A DNA stretch of 63,295 nt, the filler included, from Squatina squatina (taxonomy: Eukaryota): the NCBI GenBank assembly GCA_031763465.1. It is 4 parts of 4 records of this genome, joined end to end, with 100 filler letters (N's around TTAATTAATTAA, not from the genome) between each part and the next. Parts side by side here need not be neighbours in the genome. Positions count along the whole stretch, not along the records: positions 14,296 to 27,196 come from JARFOE010000219.1; 3 more parts are not named here. One strand, 5' to 3'. The translations under genes were made by a program, and so were the position numbers. The notes under the pieces are model-generated. The model had not been told where the DNA came from, did no database searches, and saw only the letters and a list, made by a program, of their open reading frames with translations. The stretch's first letter is position 1. Each line of letters begins with the position of its first letter. Shown here piece by piece: positions 14,196 through 27,296 of this stretch.

Positions 14196-14295
14196 NNNNN
14201 NNNNNNNNNNNNNNNNNNNNNNNNNNNNNNNNNNNNNNNTTAATTAATTAANNNNNNNNNNNNNNNNNNNNNNNNNNNNNNNNNNNNNNNNNNNN
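14196..14295. other. Artificial scaffolding linker (44N-TTAATTAATTAA-44N)
   Basis: TTAATTAATTAA at 14240-14251 gives stops in all six frames and is centred in exactly 100 bp. Confidence 0.95.
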
Positions 14296-14699
14296 AGTCT
14301 ATTATAGCCAGGCTGGACTGTAGAATCAACCACAAAGTAATTGCCCATAGAAAATCTGTGGTTTTTAATGCTGTTTATCGCTGATCTAGTGATCATTTAT
14401 CAAGATTTAGTGAAGGTAGACAAGCAGCACAGCTTGAAAGCATTCCTCATTAGAAGCAAGCTTCTTTCCAACCCTGATTTTAACAAAATAGTAAAATAAC
14501 TCACATACCAGCCCTGGTCGCCTGATCTGTCTACTTTATCAATGACAGAAACAGGCCGAGCAATCGTTTCATTCAAACAAAAGAGCTTATAAGCACAACT
14601 TTACTAATGCTCCAATGCTGTATTAAAACTTGGTTGCTCTTGTGGATCTTTTGGCAGCAGTTAAAAACTAGCAGGTTGCAGAATGGCATAAAGAAAAGA

Positions 14700-14854
14700 A
14701 AGACTTGCATTTCTATAATGCCTTTCACCAGAGACCTCAAAGTGCTTTACAGCCATGGCAGCCAATTCACACACTTCAAGCTCCCACAAACAGCAATGGA
14801 CTGACCAGATAATCTGTTTTTTCTTTAGTGATGTTGATTGAGGGATAAATATTG
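14700..14854 (-). mobile_element. Deu-domain SINE fragment (SacSINE1/AmnSINE1-like) with L2-type tail
   Basis: gcagccaatt...cccacaaacagcaat...gaccagataatctgtttt...agtgatgttgattgagggataaatattg resembles the remembered Deu-domain consensus. The acttgcatttctata...aaagtgctttaca tail is the reverse complement of the L2 end at 27610-27670. Confidence 0.7.
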
Positions 14855-14954
14855 NNNNNNNNNNNNNNNNNNNNNNNNNNNNNNNNNNNNNNNNNNNNNN
14901 NNNNNNNNNNNNNNNNNNNNNNNNNNNNNNNNNNNNNNNNNNNNNNNNNNNNNN

Positions 14955-15250
14955 GGGATGGACTTGAGTGTGGTACGGGGAGGTGATAATAGTGAGATAG
15001 AATGAAGACAGCAGATTAGAGAAAGAGCAGAGGGTGCAGGGATAGTGGAGGAGCGGGGGGAGCCCTTGGCAAATAAATCACCATTGGGTTTGGTAGAGCA
15101 GGAGACAATAACTTTAAAGGAGAGGCAGGAAGACTAGAAGGGGGTGTCCTCAAATGAAGAAAAGGTGCCAGGACAGGGGCTGAGGGCACCATTCTGCTGC
15201 ATGGCAATTTAGATGAGAGATGTCGAATCTCTAAGGGAGCTGGGAGAGTA
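14955..15250 (-). mobile_element. Decayed L2-type LINE, endonuclease-region fragment
   Basis: C-rich minus strand encoding a GTFSSFE-like motif; no intact frame. Confidence 0.35.
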
Positions 15251-16040
15251 AATTGAGGTGCCAACCCTTCATGGTACAATGGTGCAAACAGGTTGGCATC
15301 CCATGGCTCACAGTCCACTCAATCTTAAATGGACTATCAGGAGGAAGAACTGGAGAGCAAGTCATTCCAGACTGGTCTCATGTGCCTCATTTTGCAGAGA
15401 CTTGCTGGAGCATGGAATGTTTTGCTACAGGGAGTGGCTTAGCCAGAGACCATTGCATTTTTGAAGCAAAGGAAGACACAGTACTATAGAGAGCAAACAA
15501 CGGGATTTGTTTTGGATCACTCTAGCAAAGATCCAGACAAGCTCAATGGGCTGAATGGCCTCCTGCAAATCTTTATGGTTTTATATCAGCTGGTGACAGT
15601 TGTGCTGACAGGAATATAGGGGGAGATTACCTGCCGAATCCTGTCAGGGAAATGGATGCATTGGAAAGTAGGGACAAGATCAGAAAATTAGGTGGCAATA
15701 TCCATCAACAATGTCCTTATGACAAATCAGAAATAGGCACAGCAGAATGTCAAATGTTTATTTGAATTTGCTTAAACTAGGGACAGTTTTCAAAGATGTT
15801 TTTTCAAATGGTTTATTAAAGTTAAAATATTCTGGCCTAGAACTCACTAATTCATGGTTCAATAATTCTAGCACTACAAATGTCCAAATAGTCATTAAGG
15901 AGTAGAGTAATACACGTTTATTCTTGATGTTTGATAACATTTGCTTACAGCTGGACAGGAGCCTCTAGACAGTTAAAAAAAAACCCTGTGAAAGTCTCAT
16001 GACTGGAGCATTTCCTTCCGTAGCTCGTGTCGGCTTTGCA

Positions 16041-16054
16041 GTTCCCATAGCAAC
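16041..16054. promoter_or_regulatory. RFX X-box
   Basis: GTTCCCATAGCAAC fits GTTNCCATRGNAAC. Confidence 0.4.
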
Positions 16055-16510
16055 CAGTCACATTTCACATACCACAACACAGTGCAACAGGAAATGCCAA
16101 TATGTATTTATAGCCGCCTTTGAGACGACTGTACGATCGCAGCACTGCGCCTACTGGTGGATAAAGGCAACATGCACACTGATTTAATTCACAAAGAGTA
16201 AAAGCACTGATTAATACGGATGGCAGGCATTTTCACTGAAGGCATTTTATGGTAGTACAGTATTCTTTTGTGCATTGAGGTTATAAGGAGTATAAAAAAG
16301 TCTTTCACTTGGTGCTGCCAAGCGATGCAATTCAGAGTACATGCTTCCTTATTCAACTGCAGCTCTGCACTGTTTCATCCCCTAATGAAAATTACATTAG
16401 AGGAACCCAGNNNNNNNNNNNNNNNNNNNNNNNNNNNNNNNNNNNNNNNNNNNNNNNNNNNNNNNNNNNNNNNNNNNNNNNNNNNNNNNNNNNNNNNNNN
16501 NNNNNNNNNN

Positions 16511-16587
16511 CAAGTTGTTCTTTGAGCCAGCACGGACATGATGGGCCGAATGGCCCCCTTTTGTGCTGTATCTTTTCTATGGTTCTA
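16511..16587 (+). mobile_element. CR1-clade LINE 3' end
   Basis: gatgggccgaatggcc...tgtgctgta...ttctatggttcta terminal motif. Confidence 0.7.
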
Positions 16588-18066
16588 ACAGTTATTTTTA
16601 TGGCTGCATATATTTGTGAAACGATATCCCGACTGTTACTAATGTGTCATGTAGTATTGGGCCTAAATGACTGAAGCCGATTGTGTACTGCACGGTGTAC
16701 TGCACAGTTTGGCTTGCTGCCCTGACAGGATTATACAACATATCTATACAGCTGGGTCAGCAATCAAGGTGGCGGCTCAGTCACTGGAGAAATACACTGA
16801 CTGCGTGTGGCTTGCAATTGCGTTGTTTGAATTGGTCAGGTTTCTATGGGATATTTGCTGATCTATATTTCAGCAAATCAGTATGGCTATGTTGCTCACT
16901 TGAACCGTGAGAAAATACGACAATTCCACTTTTCCTGTTTCACTTGGTTCAAGTAAGCGTGCCTTCCCTATACTTAACTATACTATATGCAAGGCTTAAT
17001 TATCTAGACAGTTGGTTATTGCCACTAAAATACCAAATGGTACGCCGGAGGATAATTAACAGGTTACTGAAGTTGTTATCGGTGTTGCTATGTTATTTGC
17101 CGGTGTGACTAAATGTTTCTCCGGGTGATCTCATTGTATCCAAGTAGAACTTTGAATGGGAGTACAACGTGAAAGACTGTGTTGTGTTAAGTTAGATTTT
17201 CAACAGGTGTGATCCATGTGTGATGTGTTCCTTTGAGCTTCCAACCTCATTTTGATTGATCACACCCTCTAATCTTTGCAACCTTGGTGATGCCTCAGCT
17301 CTTCACTTACGTTTCTCAATTAAATAAAAAGGTATTTTTAAATGCATCTCACAGTTCATCAGGGCAACTAGCAGTTAAAGGGTTCTGAAGAATGTGCAAT
17401 GGTGACCTGCCTGTTGTACGACAAACAATCCCATTATGAAGAGACTAATAGACACCCGCTAAATTGTTGCAGAAGACAGGAGCATCTCTTGGCAGTTCAG
17501 AATATGCCTTCAACCGCAAGAAAAAGAAATCTGCCTCACTGGAACCTGAGCTCTGTCCTCTGATAACAGCATTTTATTTTGAGGAAAAGAGTATGTTTGG
17601 ATGAACAAGGGAAGAAGGGTCAGAGCAGCAATGCACAGCATCATAAGTGGGAAAGAGAGAAAGAAACGAAGGCAGGTTGGCTAGAGGTGAAAGGATTCCT
17701 CATTGGAAAACAAGCTTTTTTTCCAAGTTGGAGAGATTGGATGGAGAATGACAAAAATTCAAATGTGTATGTTTGCTGACACTGAAGAAATTTAAGATGT
17801 TACCTTTATCTTTTCTGTGTGATTCTATTTTATCTTGGCCAGGTTCATGGTGGGATTTATATCTGAAAATAAACCCATCTAGTTCAGCAAGACAGTACTA
17901 TATGTGATTATAATCTTATATCAAGCACTTTATCTTATGGTACCAAAAGTTAAAATATAAATTTTGNNNNNNNNNNNNNNNNNNNNNNNNNNNNNNNNNN
18001 NNNNNNNNNNNNNNNNNNNNNNNNNNNNNNNNNNNNNNNNNNNNNNNNNNNNNNNNNNNNNNNNNN

Positions 18067-18240
18067 ATGAGTGAACCAGATGGTTTTTTTACAATAATCT
18101 GGTGTTCTCCTTGTCACCATTACTGACACTAGCTTTTAATTCCAGATTTATTTAATTGGCAGAATTTAAATTCCCCAGCTGCCTGGTGGGATTTGAATTC
18201 ACGTCTCTGGATCATTAGTCCAGGCCTCTGGCTTACTAGT
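18067..18240 (-). mobile_element. tRNA-derived SINE, 5' part
   Basis: Minus-strand B-box-like GAATTCAAATCCC (18200-18188) followed by a typical shark SINE body. Confidence 0.65.
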
Positions 18241-18562
18241 TGAGGAAAAAAACTGTGCTACTGTACCCAACACTTCAAAAATATAGATTTCAAATAAAAG
18301 CCATTATCTTAATTGTTACTGATACGCACAAGAGAAAACATGTCTGTGCAAATGACTGGAGGGATTTATTTTTAAACAATGACACTTGGCTGCTACCTTC
18401 CACTGTTAGGAGGACATATGAATATCTGGAAAAATCAAGCCAAGGAAAACAGCAGAGATTTCTCTCCTCCAATGAGTTTGGCTAGGGTGATTATCCCATC
18501 TCAGACCGGATTCTATGGTTGTGAGCACATTCGTTGTGCGTGTCCTGACAGCTTTGTGTCAA

Positions 18563-18874
18563 ATGGTACAATTTTAAAGGGGGTGCAGACACAAAAGACC
18601 TGGGGTGTACAGACACAAATCTTTGAAGGTGGCAGGACAAGTTGAGATGGCTGTTCAAAAAACATACGGGATCCTGGGTTTTATGAATAGAGGCAGAGTA
18701 CAAAAGCAAGGAAGTTATGCTGAACCTTTATAAATCACTAGTAAGGCCTCTACCGGAGCATTTGCAGGGCTACGGAGAAAGAGCAGGGGGAGTGGGACTA
18801 ATTGAACAGCTCTTTCAAAGGGCCGGCACCGGCATTATGGGTTGAATGGCCGACTTCAGTGCTGTATGATTCTA
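18563..18874 (+). mobile_element. Internally deleted CR1 LINE (ORF2 fragment joined to 3' UTR)
   Basis: Decayed DLGV..HKSLKVAGQVE..KTYGILGF..KSKEVMLNLYKSLVRP, then an abrupt jump near 18761 to a 3' UTR ending gtgctgtatgattctat. Confidence 0.75.
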
Positions 18875-20386
18875 TTGCATCATCTCTCTGTACTTGTAAC
18901 CTTTTACCTTTCAGAGATCAATACATCAAACTGAAATGTAGTGGACTAAAGCTGATATTGAGAGTCAACTTAACACAGCAGTTCATGTAACAGTACGAGT
19001 CATAAACACACAGAGCACACATTATCTTGCAGCTCATATCCAAATCTGAATGAGCACAGTTCACATTCCAGATTCTCTGTATCAAGCCATTTAACTAGAC
19101 AGCTCTGATTAAGGCAACTGTCTCATTAAATCAGACAAATATGATTTTGACCAGTTGGGTCGATGCCTTTAACAGCAAAAAGGAGCCAGAAAATTTAATC
19201 AAGCAGATCCTACAATCTCTATTTCCAGTCAGGATCGTCATTAAGAGCCAAATGAAACAAAAATCAGAACACAGCAAACTGTGATAGTGTCTGAATTACT
19301 ACGGTAAAATGGAAATGTAATTGTGTAACCTCTTAGCTACATAGATTCTTTTGCATGCATACAGTACAATTTGACAAGCTGTTCAATAATTATTGCAAAT
19401 TGCTTGATTCAGTCTTTTCAATTTGGGCATTTTGGTTTATTACAAAAAGGGACCTGACATTTCAAACAGGAGGCAGAATGTTGAACATAGTTCTACGTAA
19501 TAAGTACATGACTACATTACAGCAACTTTAGATTTGTACAGCAATCGCCCGTTCGACTGGTGCACAATGGCTTTAGTAATGACATGAAGTGCCTCAGCAC
19601 TTAGGAAACCATCATCTTTGAACTCCACAATTGAAGTCACTTGATGTCATGCTTGTATTTCTGATTACATTCAGAGCCCTACACAAACACAAAAAGGCAC
19701 ACAAATATGTGCAGAAATAACTTCAATAGAAAAATAATCACAAATTACTTTATAAAACGGTAGTCCACAGAACAAGTGGCTCATGATGCCTCTCCTCTCA
19801 GAACTCCAGTTGCTCTGTTTAAAAAATCAAGCAATGTTTTCAACAGTCTATCCAAGAGCCATCGAGGGATTGGTTTCTGGAATTCTACTCTGGTCTCTGA
19901 AGTTGTCACACTCAGAATTTTTTTTCGGATTTAATGGTACATGCTGAAATCCAGCGCTTTTTAAATGAAACCAGTTTTTAAATTTTTTTTGCAATTTGAA
20001 AGCAGTTTCATTTCATTCCACAGGCTGAAATGAAGTCTGGTCCCCATTACTCCTACTCAACTAATAGGCTTTCTTCTTCCACACAATGCATCACTTGGTG
20101 CCCTTTTTTTAAAAAATAAGCATGCTCGAAAATAATAAGATGCATATTAAAGTAGGGTCAGGGCCGACACAATGCCAGGTAAATTGCGCATTCATGCAGA
20201 GTGAAATGAGCTTTGTACAAAGCTGCATAGGCGTGCATCTNNNNNNNNNNNNNNNNNNNNNNNNNNNNNNNNNNNNNNNNNNNNNNNNNNNNNNNNNNNN
20301 NTATTTGCAGTGACGAACAAGACAAAGAATTTATAGTGTGGTCGGCAACAGCTCAAGGGCATGGTGGCGACGCGATTACCATATCT

Positions 20387-20689
20387 GCTGCCTAGCAACG
20401 GCAAAGCTCACATCCTCCAAAGCAAGAGTGCAGTTTGTTAAAACTGCATGCAGCTGCTGGGTAGAGGTCAATGTGTGGCTTCCACTAAAATAAAAAGCAT
20501 TTGTGAGGCAAAAGAACTTGATCAGGGCAGCCCCTCGCTGCTGCTTTTATGGCCTCAAGGGTGTGGTACGAGAGGGTTGGAACACTGGACTTATTGGCAG
20601 CCGACTGGCGACTGAAGGTTCTGTTTACAACTGAGGCAGACACATGTTTTGCATCATGTTACAGTTATGGCATGTATCGCCATGGCGAC
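20387..20689. promoter_or_regulatory. Pair of near-consensus RFX X-boxes in a CpG-retaining segment
   Basis: GCTGCCTAGCAAC at 20387-20399 and ATCGCCATGGCGAC at 20676-20689, each one mismatch from a canonical X-box. Confidence 0.4.
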
Positions 20690-21465
20690 CACAAGCGCGC
20701 GATAAAAGGGAACAATCCTTTGGAGCAGCTGAATGTAGCAAAAAAAAAGAACAAAGTTGATGAGAAGGGAACAGAACTGGCCATTTTGAAACTGAAATTT
20801 GAAACAGTATGGCATTGGCTTATGATGACATTCAACCTTTTCCTTTTCAATGTACTACTGGGTAAAAAGGCCTTATTAGCGGTGTTTACATGAGCTGCCT
20901 TTACAGCATTCGCTGTAGGAATGTAATTAGACCACAACACAGATTCTGTTCCACTGCCATTAAGCTATCAACACCTGTACAGTGGAGCTCTGTCTATTTG
21001 CCCTATTGATTGCATTTCACAATTACCAGAATTGGACTAGGTGGGCACAGGATTTTGGGTTGGGTCCTACAAACTGCTGGGCTGTAACTTTGGGTGGAGC
21101 ACTTCAGAGAAACTACCACGTGCAGGTTAGGTCAAGCGTTCCGCTGGGCTGTACAAAATCCATTCAGAGTCGAAAACACTGGGTCAAGTCAGGACTTACG
21201 CAGGACTTGTTCCAACCCCTGTAACTCATCAACACTTAGCTACAACTGAATTATTGATCCAATGTCCATTATTTGCCGTTGGAGCCTGCACCATTGTGGC
21301 TCCACTGTACTACTGCTCATTCATACATACAAACTTCACTTTCATTTAGCTTGCATTAAGATCCCATTTCACACTTTGACAACAACATTTTCCAAGTTTT
21401 TTTAAAATACAATTCCCGCCCTTAAGTTTCCTGTTGCACAACGCCTTCCATGGAGGAGAGACACG

Positions 21466-21592
21466 AAGGATGTGAAGGCCTTAGAGAGGGTACAGGAAAG
21501 ATTTACAAGAATGGTTCCAGGGATGAGGGACTTCAGTTCCGTGGATAGACTGGAGACGCTGGGGCTGTTCTCCTTCGAGTTGAGAAGGTTGA
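21466..21592 (+). mobile_element. CR1 LINE ORF2 fragment
   Basis: Translates KDVKALERVQERFTRMVPGMRDFSSVDRLETLGLFSFELRRL, a typical CR1 ORF2 C-terminal region; runs into a gap. Confidence 0.85.
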
Positions 21593-24553
21593 NNNNNNNN
21601 NNNNNNNNNNNNNNNNNNNNNNNNNNNNNNNNNNNNNNNNNNNNNNNNNNNNNNNNNNNNNNNNNNNNNNNNNNNNNNNNNNNNNNNNNNNNAGGAGGGA
21701 GAAGGGAAGGAAGGAATTGGATAGGAATGAGGAAATGGATAGGCCAAACTCTATGGCAGCAAAAAGAGCAGAGAGAATGGAGACAAATGAGGAGGTGGTA
21801 AATGGATGGAAGTGGAGGGAAAGGGACATGGATAAAACTGAGAACAGCGCTTCGAGATAGGGAACGAGTTTTTCATCATCAACTATGAGGGAGTAAAGGA
21901 AGAGAACTGGGGGCGGGAGTAAGTGGAAGGCGAATAGAAGCTTAGCTGGGTTCGAGGGCAAGGTTGAATTGATAGGAGTCGAGGGGGAAGAGTGCCAGAA
22001 GGAACTGTGATGGTTGGAGAAGATAAATGTCTCTGTGAAAGGTCAGTAGTTGGATTGGGTAGTGCCTTTGTGAACTGGGTCTGGATGAACAATAGTGTCA
22101 CTATGAAGCGGGGCAATGGGATGCGGGATGTTGGGTAGTAAGCCATTATTGAGATAACTTAGTTAAGCGATGGTCCTGTTGCAAAAATAAAAAGCACCTG
22201 GAGTTTGCGAGGTAATCCCCATCTTGGGGTATGCTGCAAAATTCAGCTTGAAGCAGTCTCAAGTATGAAAGAACAGCTGTATGCAAGTGGTTGAGAGATA
22301 TTTCACTGCTATTAGGGGAGAAGATAGGGATGCAAATTAGTAAAGGTGGCAGGTTGGTATCTCAAAGTAAAGATTTTGGGGAAGAAAAATAAGCGGCTTG
22401 CTTATCAGAATTACCATTTCTAAGATTGAATGCTAACCTGCCACCTTCGCTTATTTGCATCCCTATCGAATCTCACCCAACCCCAAAATCTACACTAAGA
22501 AATACTCAACAAGACTATTATGTCCTCAAAGAATTCAAAGGTGCATCTGTACTGCCATTTTGCATCAACACAAAGCAGTTTTGCATGCACATCAATGCAA
22601 AAGTGTAGCGCATGAGACGATCAAGCAAACTAAAGCTATCTGGTGCGAGAACTACTCCAGGAGATTGTTTTCACAGCTATCTGATTGCGGTACAACTCCA
22701 GTCTTTGATCCCAGTACTTCAAAATATAATTTCTTTCATTCTCAATATATGTTACTAACGCGCATGGGTGGGAAACAGTTAAAATATTTGTATTTACTTT
22801 TGAGCTATGCACATGCTTTTTTCAAACTTCTAGGAAAGGGTGCCCTTTTGTCCTTGCCATTCCTAAACTCATGGGATGTCAGGCTAACACTTCACTTCCC
22901 AAACAGGATTGTCTCTGCAGCTCAAGTGTAACTGTAGCATTCTTCACAAACAAAGGAGAGGCTCCTTCAGATTTCATAATCTCATTTCAAATCCTTTTGC
23001 CCACTCCCCACTCTTTTTATCCTTGAAATTACAATCCTCTTTTAGTAATCGGAGGACTAATTGCTGCCAGCGTTCGGTCTCTAGTGCCATTTTCATTTGC
23101 ATCACTCAGGCACAGAGAGTGGGAAACCTGCCAGCAACTTGGATCCTTACAATGAGCCTATTCTCACTGAAAAGTGCAAGGGACACGGCTAACAATTAGC
23201 AAAAGTATTTTTGGACGAATGCTCACAGCTGGAATTGTGAGATTCCATGAATACACAGAGGATGTAAAGTCCTGGTCAGAAGCTGCACTTGTCTTCGCTC
23301 TTCTGACATCTAAATGTTCAAACAAAATGTAAAAAAACACACAATTATTTTAATGCCCGATGATTTNNNNNNNNNNNNNNNNNNNNNNNNNNNNNNNNNN
23401 NNNNNNNNNNNNNNNNNNNNNNNNNNNNNNNNNNNNNNNNNNNNNNNNNNNNNNNNNNNNNNNNNNAGGACATGACTTGTAAGATCCTTTGTAACATCTC
23501 CCACCCACCCCACAAATTTAGTTCATCACTGGATTAAATTCCATTTGGCTCATTAGTTCTGGAAAGGAAATGACTGGTGTAGAAATTTTTATTTCCATCA
23601 CATGGAAGTTTCCAGTGTTCCAAGGGATTCAAAGATTTTCCATTATTGTGGAATGCACGGTGACTGACTTGTGCAGGAAAATGGTTTAGAAGGAGGTTAA
23701 CACTTCCACTGCTTTAGAGAAACATAAAAAAAAATTCTGCAATGTCAAAAGCAATATACGACAAGGACCTTTTGTGTTTGATGCTAAGGGTTTGACTATA
23801 CATACATCAAAGGCACTCTGGTTTTACAAGCTTTTTTTTCTCCCCTAGATTACTCTGTCGCTTCACTGAGTCCCATTTTGTTTTAATCTGCCAGAGCTAG
23901 CTGACCTCAAGTTGTCATCTCGGATGAAGCACGCTTCTCTGGATATTTATGCAGATGGGGGGGGGGGGGGAAAGAGAGCAGGTACAAAACCCACNNNNNN
24001 NNNNNNNNNNNNNNNNNNNNNNNNNNNNNNNNNNNNNNNNNNNNNNNNNNNNNNNNNNNNNNNNNNNNNNNNNNNNNNNNNNNNNNNNNNNNNTTTGCCA
24101 GGCAACAAAATAGAACTCGTGATGCAACTGCACCTGTCTCAGCTATGCGTTGCCAAGACAACGCTCCGGCTTCCATGGCTACCATCACGCTAATCACCTA
24201 GCGAGGCAGATGTACAGCAGTTTCCTTCTAAGCCCAGCTGTTCCTTCCAATCTCTCTTTTGACGATTGATGGTCTCGGCATGTGATGGAATGTGCTTTAA
24301 CCCAGTAACAAGACAGTACATCTCTCCCCCTCACAGAGCTCCACACAGCTACTGGCGTCGAAACACGATATTATTGCAGGGAAGCTTCAACCTCTGATTT
24401 CTTACTGACACAATGTCAAAAGCATAAACAAACATTTGCAGTCTCCACCCCTCCCGCTCTGCTCCGCGAGCAATACATGTCCAATTCACCATACCATTAA
24501 TTCAGATAAATGGGCACCTGAGTAAATGCAATACCACACATATACGTGCTTAC

Positions 24554-24690
24554 CTTTGATATCCCCGTGGGGAAGTGGGAGGCATATTAAAAACATGAGA
24601 GTAAGGATGGTAGGGCGTCTTTTTCAATGCCTGAATAAGGTTTTGTCTGTATTCTGGGTCTATGCACCATAAGGAGCCCTTCCCAATACT
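24554..24690 (-). CDS. FOXN3: FOXN3 (CHES1) exon covering the end of the forkhead domain
   Basis: 137-nt exon with acceptor ttcttcctgcAG and donor GTaagc. It translates [46 protein letters not shown], nearly identical to remembered human FOXN3. Confidence 0.93.
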
Positions 24691-27196
24691 CTGCAGGAAG
24701 AAAGAAAACATGGGTCACATACTGCAAGTTTCAAAATTTAATACACACGNNNNNNNNNNNNNNNNNNNNNNNNNNNNNNNNNNNNNNNNNNNNNNNNNNN
24801 NNNNNNNNNNNNNNNNNNNNNNNNNNNNNNNNNNNNNNNNNNNNNNNNNCTTGAGTTAACTGCTGTCAATATTTGAATCTTACATCATTTTTAAAAATGA
24901 ATTACAAACGCATACATTTAAGCGCGTTACAGCATTTACTGTCTATGTAACTGTACTCATGACGATGGTAATATACTTTATGTGCCACAATTGTTATAAA
25001 TATTGTATTTGTTAAACTGAAAGTAAATAGACAGGATAATGATATAGTATTCTCATACTGATCTGGGTAAACCAACATAAATGAATTGTATTAGTGGACC
25101 GATAGTTGGAATCAATAACCTATTTAGGAAGTTGATCAAGCAAATTATTCATTTTGAACGTTTATTTTAAAACAACAAAAAACAGTTGTTTATGTAAAAT
25201 ATGAAGTGTGAACATATTAAGGAGCACTGTCACTGATAAAGACTGCTTGGCATACTTTCCTTCAATACAGAAAAATGCACACGACAAAGTGTGCATCACT
25301 GCATGGATCTAAATACTTAGGAAGCTATATTTGAAAAATAAAATCTAGTCATGCCCCACCAAATTTAAGACTGCAGCAGGTATTTTATCTGCTGCTGGCA
25401 AAATTTGCTAATGCCCAATATATCAACTCCAAAAACCATGGGAAGACAATGCCCCTTTAAGCAGAAAGCTTTTGAAAGCAGGACTTTCCCTTTAAAACCT
25501 CTTCAGAAAATGAAGTTCTTGAAAAGAAAGCGAGTTGTCTCCATTATGGCTGTTACGAGGTCATAGCCTGATGTGCTATAGCAAAACCAAAATTCTTTGA
25601 GACTTGAAACATGGCTAGGGTAGAATGTTTGGGAGGAACAGGTGACTTTGGACCTATGGTTCTCTAAGCTCTCCGTCACTGGTGGTTTTCCTCGCCTCAT
25701 GTCCGGGTCTGTTGTAGACTAATTGATGGAGATTGATTGCTATGATTAGTCAACAACTTCATTATCATTGTATCATGTGACTAACAGGATGGTAGAAGGT
25801 GAACTAGATGGGCCGTGGTCTTTTCTCATCGAGCAATTCCTTTGATGTCCCTTTCATTTTCAGGGATTTGGAGCTAAAACAGGTGTTGCTCTGATAACTT
25901 CTTCCACTAGAGTGTGCTGTTCTTTAAAGCCGGAAATCAACGTATCCTCATTTTCTTCAGGCATTGTGTGCCATGTGCTCCCCTGGAGAAAGGTCCTGGT
26001 GTAAAATACACAGGAAAGGTCATAAATGTGGCCTTGCTATGCCACCCGTATTCTGAGAACAAATATGTTTAAAAAGTCAATGATGTCACTCACAAATCAC
26101 GCAATAATGTTTTTACAAATATCGTCCTTTTTTAAAAACATTTATTTTTCAACCCCTCCTCTCCTTGAGGAATGGAGCCTCTCTGGGGGTTTGGTTCTAC
26201 TGGCACTGGCAGCGTTCCATCACCTTGCCCAAACGACCATGNNNNNNNNNNNNNNNNNNNNNNNNNNNNNNNNNNNNNNNNNNNNNNNNNNNNNNNNNNN
26301 NNNNNNNNNNNNNNNNNNNNNNNNNNNNNNNNNNNNNNNNNTAATCTACATGGGATAATCATGAGGGTGAGGTACTGGTTAGAAAGCTGGTGCACAGAGG
26401 CTCACAGTACACAGGCTGTATAATTATCACTTCGGCTAGATGAACAGAAATTATTGCACATTTAATCTACCCTGGCTGCATTTCTTGTGGAAGGAATGAA
26501 GCTGCAGCTTCTAAGTAAGCCTTCTCCCCACAGATTGCTCCAATTCCCTGTGTTAACAATCCAAAGCAAAACAGCTTAATTTTACGTTTGAGATTCAAGT
26601 CTCCCACCACAGAAACGTTTATAGCAATTTTCCAGTGGGATAGAGGGAAAAGCAATCATTTATTTGTCAAAGCCTTCTACTTTTGCTAGACTATATTATT
26701 ATTTCAAGGATGCAACCATGAGGAAATCGCAGCCCGAACAGAACAGAAGAGGCCAAAAAATACTAGAATTTAAGCTTATGCAGTTGTCTTTAATTACTTC
26801 AAGTAAGCACTAACTGTGCTGTGCGATTTATCTCTCGCTGACAGCTCCTTTCCTGTTTCGTTGCACAGGACAACTACAGGTCCAAAACATCAGTATTTGA
26901 CCAAATGGGATTCTAATGAGTACCATACAACCAAGAATTATTAAAATTTAATTCGTTATACTGGATGTTTGGATCTCAGATGTTTGCTTAGTCACTGTTT
27001 ACAAGACATAACAAATAGTACCAGCGAGCAGCAGAGGCACTTCTGCAGGATGCTCCACTAACTTCAAGTGGAATTGCCTGGTTGGAGTTACACATCATCA
27101 ATTTCACTGTGTCCATGACTGTATTTATCAGTCTTTTGAAGATGAAGATTAATTCCTGTAATATTGTAACACAGTCTCATATCAGAAACAAAACCC

Positions 27197-27296
27197 NNNN
27201 NNNNNNNNNNNNNNNNNNNNNNNNNNNNNNNNNNNNNNNNTTAATTAATTAANNNNNNNNNNNNNNNNNNNNNNNNNNNNNNNNNNNNNNNNNNNN
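27197..27296. other. Artificial scaffolding linker (44N-TTAATTAATTAA-44N)
   Basis: TTAATTAATTAA at 27241-27252 within exactly 100 bp. Confidence 0.95.

Noticed and set aside
14240-14251. TTAATTAATTAA as a biological palindromic motif recurring three times
   Set aside because: It is always centred between exactly 44 N on each side, so it is an assembly linker.
22455-22931. 158-aa ORF without gaps
   Set aside because: No recognisable domain, splice context or coding-like composition.
26195-26225. Minus-strand AASA-like match to a later FOXN3 exon
   Set aside because: It lies on the wrong side of the identified exon, with no flanking similarity or splice sites.
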